The notes beneath the pieces were generated by a model, which was given only the letters and a program-made list of their open reading frames with translations, was not told the origin of the DNA and searched no databases. Below are positions 1 to 11,829 of a stretch of 64,000 bases of DNA, in pieces. The position numbers were made by a program, and so were the translations under genes. The DNA comes from Heteronotia binoei. Taxonomy: Eukaryota. The stretch spans positions 57,040,001-57,104,000 of the forward strand of contig NC_083231.1 of the NCBI RefSeq assembly GCF_032191835.1, in the 5' to 3' direction. Numbering within the stretch: the first letter of the stretch is position 1; each line of letters begins with the position of its first letter.

Positions 1-1286
1 GGGCAGACCTATCAGTGATTCTGGACTTTCTAGTCTCGTTGTTGGACGGTGGCCTGGCACCCTCCTCGGTAAGGGTTTACCTAGCCGCGATCTCTGCAGA
101 GCATGGGCCGATAGACGGCCATTCACCCTTTGCACACCCGGACACTAAACGTTTTCTGAAAGGCATGGCAAGACTGTACCCCACGGTTAGGGCCCCTGCG
201 CCTGCCTGGGACCTTCCCCTGGTTCTCAAGACTCTGACAGGGAAACCCTTCGAGCCAATGGCGACGTGTTTGTCCCACCTCCTGGCGTGGAAGACGGCCT
301 TCCTCGTGGCAATCACTTCGGCGAGGCGGGTTGGGGAACTGGCAGCACTCAGGTGCGACTCCCCCTACCTGTTGTTCTCTGCTGAAGGAGCCACGTTGCG
401 TCCAGATGTCACCTTCCTCCCAAAGGTGGTGTCCGCATTCCATCTCAATTCCGAGATTCATCTACCAGTTTACTTTCCCTCTCCAGCAAATGACTATGAG
501 CGGGCGTTGCACGCCCTTGATGTTAAGAGGGCACTTTCCTTTTACCTGCATCGTACGGGCCCTTCCAGGAAAGATGTTAGGTTGTTCGTGTCATATGCGG
601 AGCCCTCTCTGGGGCAACGCATTTCCTCTCAGCGTCTGTCCAAGTGGATTACAGGGACAATTCGCTTGTGTTACCTTCTCCGGAAGCAGCCTCTTCCAGG
701 TCCGCTCCGTGCCCACTCGACTAGAGCGGTTGCTACCTCTGAGGCCTTCATGAAGGGAGTTCCCCTGCAGGATATCTGTAGGGCAGCCACGTGGTCCTCG
801 GCGCACACCTTCGTGACACATTACGCCCTGGACCTGCGACGCAGACAAGCTTCCTCGGTGGGCCGTGCAGTGTTGCAGTCTGTTTCAGAGTGACGGACCG
901 GCTGGCCCTCCACCAGGTAGGCTTGAGCTTGCTAATCTCCCACAAGTGTGATGCACAGAGACCACGAAGAAGATAAACAGGTTTCCTACCTGTAACTGAT
1001 GATCTTCGAGTGGTCATCTGTGCAGTCACACTACCCGCCCACCTTCCCCGCTGCAGCCGGTCCCGCCATGGGGCTGACGCGGCGGCCAGAAGGAACTGGC
1101 GGGATGTCCGCGGCCGTCCCTGTGGGCATGCGCGGTGGGGCGCCTGGGCATGCGCGCTGGGTCGGCCCGCGGAAATCCACAGCTTTGAAGTTTACCGATC
1201 GAGATCGGCGCAGGCGCCTAATCCCACAAGTGTGACTGCACAGATGACCACTCGAAGATCATCAGTTACAGGTAGGAAACCTGTTT
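1..1286 (+). mobile_element. DIRS1-type tyrosine-recombinase retrotransposon, right part (YR, ICR, right ITR), in a GATB intron
   Basis: YR ORF followed by an internal complementary region (~932-1032) and a right terminus. 976-1032 is the exact 57-bp reverse complement of 1229-1285. The left part lies outside the window. Confidence 0.9.
15..893 (+). CDS. DIRS tyrosine recombinase (uninterrupted within the window; true start probably upstream)
   Basis: AITSARRVGEL (catalytic R), LDVKRAL, HSTR (H-x-x-R), ATWSS and FVTHY (W and catalytic Y). Confidence 0.92.
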   Translation: MILDFLVSLLDGGLAPSSVRVYLAAISAEHGPIDGHSPFAHPDTKRFLKGMARLYPTVRAPAPAWDLPLVLKTLTGKPFEPMATCLSHLLAWKTAFLVAITSARRVGELAALRCDSPYLLFSAEGATLRPDVTFLPKVVSAFHLNSEIHLPVYFPSPANDYERALHALDVKRALSFYLHRTGPSRKDVRLFVSYAEPSLGQRISSQRLSKWITGTIRLCYLLRKQPLPGPLRAHSTRAVATSEAFMKGVPLQDICRAATWSSAHTFVTHYALDLRRRQASSVGRAVLQSVSE

Positions 1287-1870
1287 TTTCCTTCTCATGT
1301 GATTTGCCAAGTGTAACCCACAAGCCATGTGCTTTGTTCTTTAGCTGTTTAAGTGGGTTCAGGTAGGTAACCATGTTGGTCTGAAGCAGCAGAACAAAGT
1401 TTGAGTCCAGTGGCACTTTTAAGACCAACTTTAGACATTTTTCCTGCTGCTTATTATACCACCTTTTCTCTATGGTTCCATTCCATTTCCTAAAATAAGC
1501 CATCTTTCTGCATTGTGTCCAGCTTGCTTCTCAGTGTTATGTCTTTCCTGGTGGTGTGTTTGGCCTCCTCACATTATTTGGCCTATTGGTTTCTGTTCTA
1601 CCCCCAACTGGGGTGCAGGGGGTAAAAGCTTTGGAACACTTTTGGAACTTTCTTCTTGGCGTAATTCTAAAAGAGCTAGCTACTGATAGAAAATTCATTG
1701 TTGAGTCCTGGATACTGCCCAACCACAAAGTTTTTATACAAAAGCACTACTACCAAATGAAGTAGGTGGCCACTGGGAGATAGGGATATTTGGTTTTAAA
1801 CAAACTGGATTATTGTTTAAGCATCTTTGTAGAATGATCACTTGTAGAGACTTTGCATTACATCATAGTT

Positions 1871-2006
1871 CAGGAGTGGCCAATGGTAGCTCTCCAGATG
1901 TTTTTTGCCTGCAACTCCCATCAGCCCCAGCCAGCATGGCCAATGGCTGGGGCTGATGGGAGTTGTAGGCAAAAAACATCTGGAGAGTTACCGTTGGCCA
2001 CCCCTG
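1871..2006. mobile_element. Palindromic hAT-type MITE
   Basis: Almost wholly self-complementary 136 bp (cagg...cctg) with a perfect 8-bp TSD tcatagtt at 1863-1870 and 2007-2014. Confidence 0.85.
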
Positions 2007-2462
2007 TCATAGTTAATTCATAATAAAATAAATAAATAACGGTGTGTTCGCCACCATTATACTCATTTGCCCCCCCTCCCATAAAAATTTTCTGAATTAT
2101 GGGCATAGCTGGCAGTAATTAAACCCATCCATTTTGCTCACCCCACTGTAAAGCGAGGGGAACCAAAATGGAGGCTGAAATGGCTGGGACAGCCAAACTG
2201 GACAAAAGTTCAGTAAATGTTTGGTGAAGGTGCCTTCCTGAAACATAGTTTCAAGGGCTCTGAACTAAGCCAAGTTTGTGATGAATTTTGACTCATGAAC
2301 CAGTTTGTTCTCATCCCAAAGCAATACTTTTGAACAGAAAGTACTATTTTCAGGGGTGGCTTAGGACTGTTCCTTAAGCCTGATTGATGAGGTGCAAACT
2401 TCAGTGCAGCCACATGGACAGTCTCTGTAGCAGTCATCTGTTGACATCCTATTTTCCAATAC

Positions 2463-2624
2463 CAGGGCCAGAACTAGGGGGAGCAGAGGGGGGGTGCTTG
2501 CCCCAGGCGCCACCAGAGGGGGGGCATCAAATGGGGTATGGAGTCCATTCTATTCTATGGGCTCATAACGGGGCACCATTTTTTAATTTTGCTCCCCCTC
2601 AAAAAACATGTAGCTCTGGTCCTG
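2463..2624. mobile_element. hAT-type MITE (same family as 33854-34006)
   Basis: TIRs cagggccaga / tctggtcctg, imperfect flanks ccaatac / ccagtac, and internal sequence shared with the 33854 copy. Confidence 0.7.
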
Positions 2625-2983
2625 CCAGTACAGTGACTTCCCAGAGAAATGTTGCAGTGTTAAAAGCTTGTCACTTCAAATATCATTTAAAACATGTCAC
2701 TGTTTGAAATGATATTACGTCTAACACCTCTGATATGGGTTACACTACTTCATTTGGAAATCAGTGCCTGAAGGTTGATCCATACTTCCATGTGAGATTC
2801 ATGCTCGAACAATATCACTGGCATTTATCACAAGAGATTTATTTTAAATATGAGAACAGAACATGAAAAGAAGACAGATGGAAGCAACTCCCATGCTTGT
2901 AACTGAAGACATACTCAAGGTAGGGTTGCCAGTGGCCTGGAGAAAGTGTCTTGTGCCTTTAATAGAGGATTAATGGAATGAGT

Positions 2984-5015
2984 GGCCCTGTTCAGACGCA
3001 CAGTATAATCAAATGTTGCTGCTGTTTCCTTCTGGATTTAAAGTGGCTGATCAGACAGCAACATCTGCCTCCCGATATTAACTCGTGGTAGGTCCCCCCC
3101 CCCCAATCCTTCTCGGAACCGGATTATTTTGTTACCTGCTCCTTTACGATGTTTTTTGAGTTCTCCGGTTTCACCATGTAATTTTCTTCATCTGGATAGT
3201 TCTACTGCGATATTAACCAACTTCCAGATGTCTGAAGGCTGTCCCAGAGCAAAAGGAGCCTCAGACATCTGGTTTACGGTCTCCATTTTTTTCTACTTAG
3301 CGATATGCGCATAACTGCATAACCACATAATGTTTTAACCTATGCACATGCACATAATAGTTGAGGGGGAAGAAGAACTGCATGGTGCTGTCCACATGGT
3401 TTTACTGCAGAAGACGGTTTCACTGCAGAGTGATTCGAATTGCAGTATGGTAGTCTGATCGATAATATCCGGAACAAAGATATTTGGAACAGAGCTACAT
3501 GTTTGGAACAGAGCTACAGAGCTTCCTGGAGGATGCTTCTGTCCTTGACCCCTACCAGTCTCATTTCCGCCCGGGCCATGGGACGGAGACGGTGCTGGTC
3601 GCCCTGGTAGATGACCTTCGGCGACATCTGGATCAAGGCGGCTCGGCGGTGCTGATGTTGCTGGACCTATCGGCAGCGTTCGATATGGTCGACCATCGGC
3701 TTCTGGCGTGCCGCCTTGCCGACGCAGGGATTCAGGGGTTGGCCTTGCAATGGCTTTCCTCTTTCCTTGACGGTCGGGGACAAAGGGTGGCGATTGGGGA
3801 GGAACTGTCCCGGAGACACACGCTTGATTGTGGGGTGCCTCAAGGGGCGGTGCTTTCCCCGATGTTATTTAACATCTATATGCGCCCCCTTGCCCAGATG
3901 GCCCGAGGGTATGGGCTGGGTTGCCATCAATATGCTGATGACACCCAGCTCTATCTGCTTATGGACGGCCGGCTTGCCTGCGCCCCAGAAAATCTGGACC
4001 GGGCGTTACAGGCAGTGGCTAGGTGGCTTAGGCTGAGTGGGCTGAAGCTGAACCCAGCGAAGACAGAGGTCCTTTGCTTGGGTCGCTGCGGCCCGGGAAG
4101 GGAACTCCCCCTGCCAGTTTTTGACGGCGCTCCATTAACAGCGTCGGGCAGGGTTAAGAGCCTGGGGGTGCTGTTGGAGCCTTCATTGACGATGGAGGCT
4201 CAGATAGCAGCCACTGCCAAGTCCGCTTTTTTTCATCTTAGGCGGGCGAGGCAGTTGGCCCCCTTCCTGGAACGTGACGACCTGGCAACAGTGATTCATG
4301 CTACGGTCACCTCGAGGCTGGACTACTGTAATGCCCTCTACATGGGGCTACCCTTGTGCCGGACCCGGAAACTGCAGTTAGTGCAGAACGCTGCTGCCCG
4401 GCTGTTATTAGGGCTCCCAAGATGGGAGCACATTCGGCCGGGGCTCCAGGGTCTGCACTGGCTGCCAGTAATATTCCGAGTCCGGTACAAGGTGTTGGTT
4501 ATTACCTTTAAAGCCCTATATGGCCTAGGACCTGCCTACCTTAGGGACCGTCTCTCCCCACACGTTCCCCAGAGAGTACTACGCTCAGGTTCACAAAACC
4601 TGTTGGTAGTCCCCGGGCCAAAGGAGGCCCGTCTAAAATCCACCAGGGATCGGGCCTACTCAATAACGGCACCTTATTGGTGGAACCAGCTGCCGGAAGA
4701 GGTGCGAGATCTAGGGCAATTCCGCAGGGCCTGTAAGACAGTCCTCTTCCGGCAGGCCTATGACATTAGCTGACAATGTAAAACATCTTGGATGGAACAA
4801 AATGTATCTATAGGCCGCCGGTTTTATTCTATCTTGTTTTTACTAATTTATGGTTTAATTGTATTTTTAAATGTTTTAAACTGAAGTTGTTTTAATTATT
4901 ATGTTGTAAGCCGCCCTGAGACACTTAGGTGAGAAGGGCGGGGTATAAATCTTAATATAAATAAATAGAACCAGGTCAGTTTAACAGGGACTCAACAAGC
5001 TGCGTGAACAGGGCC
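2984..5015. mobile_element. Non-autonomous TIR element interrupted by the L2
   Basis: Left end ggccctgttcagacgc (2984) and right end gcgtgaacagggcc (5002-5015) are inverted. No clean TSD seen. Confidence 0.5.
3512..4967 (+). mobile_element. L2-clade LINE, 5'-truncated, young
   Basis: ORF 3484-4773 has RT motifs QS.FRPGHGTET, LLDLSAAFD, GVPQG..LSP.LFNIY, YADDTQLY, LNPAKTE and SRLDYCN. The 3' UTR ends gtaagccgccctgag...agggcggggtataaat...(aata)n. CpG-rich. Confidence 0.92.
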
Positions 5016-7009
5016 TATGTAACATTACTGGTAAATAACCTCCATGGCATGAAAAGCTTCAACTGCCCATTTCCAAACATTAAGCCTCTGTTAAAGGGAC
5101 AGGACACTTTTTCTCCAGGTGGTTGGCAATTCTGGAAAGAAGTGGGGTACAAAATGACCATGACTTAGCTATATTTATTTTTAGGAGTCATGACCTGAAC
5201 ATGAAGCACAAAGTCTTTTGTATTTGTAATGTAAATCAGTAGTGACTCTGATGAAATATACTTGTTATTTAATAGCACCTACCTTCTGACCCTTTATTCT
5301 CACACAAGCAAGACCTGGTAGCTGCACAGTAGCTACGTGGAGCTGGTTTGTTATTACTCCTCCAGCAAAAGAATGCAGTAGAAAGCGTCATCTGTGGGAC
5401 TTCATTCAAGGCTGACTAATTTGAATCACAGCTAGTTGTAGTTAAATATGTAGATTGTTGTACACCCAAAAGCACTGTATGAACATGGAACCAGGTGACC
5501 CAAATTCCCCATCTACTGTGGCAGAAGCTTTATAACATGGTTGGCCCTGCTATCTCGTTTTAATCTTTTTTTTGTGTGTAAAGATTGATAATTGTGGCTG
5601 GGAGCATTATGTTAAAGAGTCCCATTTTTTAGCATCAATGAATTAGTGCACTGAATTTCCGGCACTGCAGTCATTTTGGCACTGGCAGACTGTGATTGCC
5701 CAAACATGCAATTATGTCTTCAGTTTAGGATCAAGCAAAAGCAGCTGTTTTTTAAAGGACTTTCTCTTTTTTTCAGCCTCCATCTCTGAAATAAGAGGAA
5801 TGGGAATATAGAAAATGACTTCCCATAGAAATTGCTTTTTTTATAAATAGCTGGGAATCACGGTAATGCTAACTAATAATTATTCCGGACAGACAGTTTC
5901 ATCCATCTGTGCTTTACAGTAACAGATAAATTAACTGGAGCTGCCATAGGAGTCTGTATTATAAGCTTCTATACAGCAGTGGTCTATGATCTCCCTTTAT
6001 TATGTAGCTAAAATCCCTTTTTTCTCCCTGGCAACCATAAGCCAAATGATAGTTGCCTGGCTAATTATCATTTTTGTCCTTGAATGCATTTTGAGATTTC
6101 ATTTATCTATGTACTAGATCCTTTAGGATACATCTGTGTCCCTTAATATGTGCTGCCAACCCTGCTGTTCAAACCCAGTGTAAGACTCAGTGTTTAACAG
6201 AGTGATCTAACCCTTCTCTGCAAATACATGCATTGAAAAGGAATAGAATTACACCCGTTTATCATTCTAACTATCAGGTTTAAATATTTAAGACATAGGA
6301 TTTGGGATGAAACAGCACATGTGAAGCAGCAGAATTAATCTTATGGGGTTAAAAAGGGCACCTAGCACACTTGAGAGTGGTCCTTGTCTTTACCAGCTGC
6401 CAGTTGTCTTGTCTTTACCAGTTATGTCATGTTATGGAGCTGTAGTAGCTGAAATAAGGCATGCCTTGTTAATTGGTGCCTGACTATAGCATCAGTAAGC
6501 CACAACTGTTCATGTAGCCGTGTGTGTGCATGCGTTTTCCCCTTGGACAACAGTAACACTGGATGTTTCACAGAGCCATCTTAAGCAAAGTTGTAACCTT
6601 CTAAGTACTTTAAGGTCAGTGACTCTGACCTTAAAGTACTTAAAGTATAACAAATGAGTTTGACACCCCTGGTTTAAAGCCGTGAATCTCATGCTTGCCT
6701 CGCTGACTAAAATACTGATGTGTAACCCATACTTGGAGCTACATGTGTATATCTTATTCTGATAGGTAGAAGTAGAAATCCAGAACTGAAGTTTTCATCT
6801 ATTTGTAAGGGAGACTTTTTGATTAGTGGCTTTACAAGCATTCTGCTGGTTTCCTTGTGTACACCTTTAGATCCTGGGCATCTCCAACTGAGATCTGGTT
6901 TGACCTCTTTAATTATTATGTCTTTAATTATTATGAAATTCTTTGCCTTCTGAAAACTATGTTATGAATGCTGATTTTTCCTTTACCATCCCTTCTCTTG
7001 ATGTTGTAG

Positions 7010-7144
7010 GTGTTGAAAATAATGTGGAACGGGGAGGGGAAATCTCCAACTCTGATTGTCAAAGAAAAGGAACTTGAACTGATTCAAGATCAGAATGAGC
7101 TTGAGCGCATCTGTCAGGCTGTGATAGACAGCCATCAGAAACAG
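7010..7144 (+). CDS. GATB: GATB (glutamyl-tRNA amidotransferase subunit B, PET112) penultimate coding exon
   Basis: ttgtag|GTG acceptor, CAG|gtaata donor, 135 bp phase 0/0. Encodes VLKIMWNGEGKSPTLIVKEKELELIQDQNELERICQAVIDSHQKQ, colinear with the GatB/Yqey C-terminal domain of vertebrate GATB as recalled ([28 protein letters not shown]...). Confidence 0.92.
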
Positions 7145-9882
7145 GTAATATTGATAACCTCTGAAAATTGGGAACGAGAGACTGCTTGAGGGTGGGCAGT
7201 AAAGATAAAAGATTTAGCATGACATCTTACTTTTGCATTGCCATTCATTCAGTAGTTCTTTAGGTACAAAAGGAAGAAATTACAGTGTAAAGTGACCACC
7301 AGAGACAGTAAATTTTAAACCAAAATCTTCCTAGTTCAGCCAGCCATATGCTGAATATCCTTTTTTATCCTTGATATAATAAAGTAGCATCTGCATATAT
7401 GAGAGAAAGTGTAAAACATTTCAGTATGAAACATATAGGCTTTTACAGTGGGTTTTTTTTTCAGAAAAAGAGTTGCAAATTAAAAACATCTTTCAAAAAC
7501 CTAGCATTATCTTTATGAGAAAGAAGTGCTTTTCTGTGCTCCCTGAAACTGCTCCCTGGAGCACAGAATGGGGAATGTAGTAATGACTGGCTTAAGTGAA
7601 GTGAAACATTGTCTAGGTATGTAGGTTGCTGGAAAAATGCTAACATCTCTTAAGAACAATGCCGCCCACATCCACATCTCTACTGTGGGCTTCCAGCTTC
7701 CAGAGAGCTTTTGATAAAGAAAATGAGCCTGCACTAGGTCTGCCTGACCTTCACTATCGATAAATCATTTGCAGTGACCGATGGAAGTGCCTCTGTATTT
7801 TCCAGTGATTATTCAAGCACAACTACAGATAGACAAAACACTGGAATTAATTTTTAAAAATCCCTAAGAGCTAAAAGTCCAAGACCAGTTCATAGTTTAC
7901 AAAAATAACAAAATGGATTGGGAGGATTTCCAGACTAACATACCATTGGGGGGCGGGGCAAAGGGTTTTTTTTTACGATGACTGGTACCCGTGGTGCATT
8001 ACTATACTGGGAAGATACCTCTTCAGATTCTGAGAGTAGTACTGTATCACTAAAGCAGCTGTAGTCTTTCTACTAGAGTGGAGCAGAGGGTGAGCAATGT
8101 GAGAAGCTGGTAGACCATCACTGTATGTTGAGGATACAGGGGAAAGGAAGGTTGCTGGTGATGACTGGCTTCACAGCACACCTGTGTGAGCTATTGCTCT
8201 AGAAATGCTTCTCAAGCAATAGGTCACAAATAGAGTGGATATAGATGTGTGGCCTGTATTTGACATCATAGATACTATTCAAAAGTTGCCAGTGACCATC
8301 TGTACACACTTCATAAGGCTTTGACAATCACATTAGGAATGCTAGTGCTACCCATTGAGAAAGATGCCATTTACAGACTGGTTTGGATTCCAAAACAATG
8401 AAATTTTCCTCAGCGTCAAGAAAACAGTTGCACATAACTGTGTACAGAAATTATCTGAATAACCACCTTAATGTTACCTGACCTGTTGACATAATGTGTG
8501 TCTTACATTGCTAAGAGACTGATTAATTGGGAGTACAAATTAAATTTGAAAATATTGGACAGTTATGAAAAAGTGCAAAAATAAAAGTTGATAGTCTCAA
8601 GGTTATAACATGACTCTACAAGCTGTAGTAAAAGTGCATTTGTGTTGCCAAATCTTGAAGTATTTTGTAATGCTGCTGGGAGATCCAGCAACTGCAAAGT
8701 ATTTCCAATGTAAGTCTATTTCTGGGTCAGGACCTTCTCTGTTGTGGCATCCAAGCTTTGGAACTTCTCTCCATAGCCATTTGGCTGGCAGTGATCTTGA
8801 TATGAAAGAGATTCTTCCATTTGCCCTGGCCCTTAGTTGAGTGTTTTTGTTGACCCCCCCCCCCACCCCTTTTGACAAGTGATGAATAATGTGCCAGTGG
8901 ACACACACAATGCAAGAAGATGGAAGGCTTGACAGGAACTGGTATTCTCCTTGTGCAATCAGAGCATCTCCATTTTAAAATATGAACTTACTGCATTCAT
9001 AGAAGTATTGCAACCAACACATGATTATTTAATTGCATGTTATTTAAATGTGCTATATGAAACTGGTTTCTGTGATGCACCATAGATGTTGAAAATGACT
9101 CATGGTGAGTATTTGCTCCACTGTTTGAGATACACATTACAGAATAACCATTACTATGTGCTTTTTAGCAGACTTTTTCATGAATGAGGGCCAAATTAGA
9201 GATGGAGGCATTCTTGTAGCTACTACGAGGATGACACCACATTTTAGTCATTTTAAAATGCTGTGAGGTCCACAGCACAGTGCTCGTGTTTCTCTCCCTT
9301 CCTGCGTGTTTTCAAGTGCCAAAACAGTTGGGGGGGTAGCCATTTTGGCAGGGGTCTCATGCCATGGAACCAATCAGATGCAGCATTTTAAATTGCCTTT
9401 AAAATGGCAGCAGTATCGTGACAGCCCTGAAGATTCTGTTATGTCTAGTCTGGCTCTCAGTATGCTAATTTTGGAGCCCTGTTAGTGATTAAAACTGATT
9501 ATTTAAAAAATCTAATTTCATAATGGTTTCTGTCTGCATCCAGCAAGAAAAATGGGTAAAGCCCAGACTGGTTTGTCATTTTCCAGTGCTTTTTTTGGCA
9601 TGCAAATGAGGAATCTTCAAATATAGACAAAATCCTGAGGGTTCTATAGAAATGTGGATTCATGTATTAGGAGTCTATGACAGCAGTAAACTTGCCATCT
9701 AACTACAGGCTTGATTATAATTTTGTTGTATTTTATACTCTTTACCTAAACGTTGGGGTGTACATGAAGAATAGAAAATCATGGTTCTCTGTGATTGACT
9801 TCCAGGTATTCATGGTGTTTGCTTTTGTATGATAATGATGATCAGGACTGAGTCTTTAATTGTTTGAACTTTCTCTTTCAAG

Positions 9883-10032
9883 GTGGAAGAGATTAAAAAG
9901 GGAAAGAAAAAAGTGCTGAATAATCTGATTGGAGAGGTTCAAAGAGCAACCAGACAAAGATCTGATCCAGTCTCTGTTAAACAAATATTGGAGAAACAGC
10001 TGTTGTTGCAGCCCACAAAAAAAACTCTTTAG
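9883..10032 (+). CDS. GATB: GATB last coding exon (stop TAG 10030-10032)
   Basis: tttcaag|GTG acceptor, in phase with the previous exon. Encodes VEEIKKGKKKVLNNLIGEVQRATRQRSDPVSVKQILEKQLLLQPTKKTL*, matching the GatB terminal pattern N.LIG.V..AT..RADP...K.ILEK.L. Confidence 0.92.
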   Translation: MEEIKKGKKKVLNNLIGEVQRATRQRSDPVSVKQILEKQLLLQPTKKTL

Positions 10033-10936
10033 TTCACATCATCTCTGCAACTGTAGCAACCAAACTGTTGTAGAGGCTTTACTACTTGGTTGATCACTGA
10101 ATCAAATGATAGTAACTGCTTTTTGAAGACATCTGTCAAGCCAGAGAATAAGGTATCCAGTGAAAGAACTAAGCTGTGGTGAGACCAGGTCTTTCCTTGT
10201 AAAGTAATTTGTTTGTAAAATAATGGAAAAAGACAGGCGCTTTCATTTAATTATATAGGTCTGATACTCAAGATAACAGAAAAAAATCCCATTTCCTTGC
10301 TTGACCACTTAAAATCAAATTAATTAAGTGGGGGAGGGTTGCAGAGAACCACCAAATCCTCCTCTGCTCCACTCATTCCACCCTTGTGCCGCCACACAGA
10401 AGATATTCCATTTGAATGGGTATGATACTACTATTTCCTCAGCAACATCCTGTCCAGCTCCCAGCATGGTCCCTGGAGCTTTGTACCCCTAATCTTTTTC
10501 TCATCTCTCAGCCAACCATACCAGGTATGGCATACAAGCTTTCTTCTAGTGTCTCTGGACTATGAATTCCATCTACCTCAGATTACCTGCAAATGGCTGT
10601 AGTATTTTTTTTCACTTGTTTCTCTCAAAATGAAAAGGGAACAAAGAAGTCTGAATTAGTAAGAAAGTCTGTAGTTTTGAACCTCTGATTAAACTCTTCA
10701 ATATGTAAATAAGGTATTAAATATAAATTATTTCACAATTACTGTAAATTAATCTCCCTCAGGTCAGTAGTCATACTGCATCACATTTAACTCCTTAGGC
10801 AAATGAAAAATTCTTTTTGACTCTGACCTCTGTCTTGAATGGGGAAGGAAGAAATTGCATTCCTCTAGAGGACATTTCTCTTCATTGATCTACTGTTAAA
10901 TATGGATGTTGTGGTCTCTGCTTTTTCAATGTAGTA

Positions 10937-10942
10937 AATAAA
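10937..10942 (+). terminator. Candidate GATB polyadenylation signal AATAAA
   Basis: AATAAA ~900 nt after the GATB stop. Further AATAAA at 11331 and 11371. Which is used cannot be told from sequence. Confidence 0.35.
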
Positions 10943-11829
10943 AAGCCCTGTTAAGAGCAAAGTTTGTTTAAAACACAGTCTGAAAATTTGTTGTGCTAAG
11001 AGATCATAGTCTTGCAACTTTTACATTGTGGAACAAAATGCCGCCAAGCAGCTTAAAGCGGATCAGTTGCATTCTCTCTGGAATGTTAAGCCGACTCCTC
11101 CCAGAATTACCCTTTATTCAATGCATCAAGCACTGCTGAGAAGAAATATTTTGCTTTTGGACTCAAGCCAAGAGAAGCTATGATGAGTCTTTCAAGCAAC
11201 GCCTCCAGGTTTCTAACAATGTCTTCAGACTTCTGGCCACATCGAAAGAAAGCAACTGAGATTTGTAGAGCAGCAAATGGGCAAGTGAAAATGTTTGAAA
11301 TGTTCAATTAATGAAATGAAATGTTCAATGAATAAAGTTGTATGCAAGAATAATTAAAGATTTTATAAACAATAAAACAGTAATCTTACATTGACTTTTT
11401 TCCTGAAAAGAAATGGATTTACTAATGATCAGATGGCAAACGCTGTCAACTCTTTACTTGTATGTTTAAACAAACACCTAGAGACTGCATTTCTAACTGA
11501 CTTCTGTCTCTACAGTTGAGCATTAAATTGGCCTAGAGTTAATGGATGTTGATTAATGAATGAAAAATTGGAAACTATATATTGATTTACAAATCCTTGC
11601 AGAGTTGTGGCTATAGATACATAAATTGGGAACTGTAGATTGATATCCAGTCTTTGCAGAGGTCCTGCTGGGAAGAAGTGTTATACGAAACAAGTTCTCA
11701 ATCGACTCCTTGTTCAGGGTGCTCTTTGGAAATCTGATAAAACCATATCCATTCTGTTTAATGTCCAGCTTTTCAGCACAGCAGATCTTCTGGCTATTTG
11801 ATTGGTTGTGCCCACTGTCAAAAGTTTCT

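Larger units (their letters stand above)
2921..5133. mobile_element. Outer MITE with tagggttgcca-type ends hosting the two elements above
   Basis: 2921-2968 (tagggttgccagtggcctggagaaagtgtcttgtgcctttaatagagg) is an imperfect inverted match to 5085-5133. Confidence 0.5.

Noticed and set aside
1290-7009. Search for the preceding GATB exon (ending ...SAAKQ)
   Set aside because: No matching exon found; the acceptor-like ttttttcag at ~5778 leads to a stop. The exon is presumably upstream of the window.
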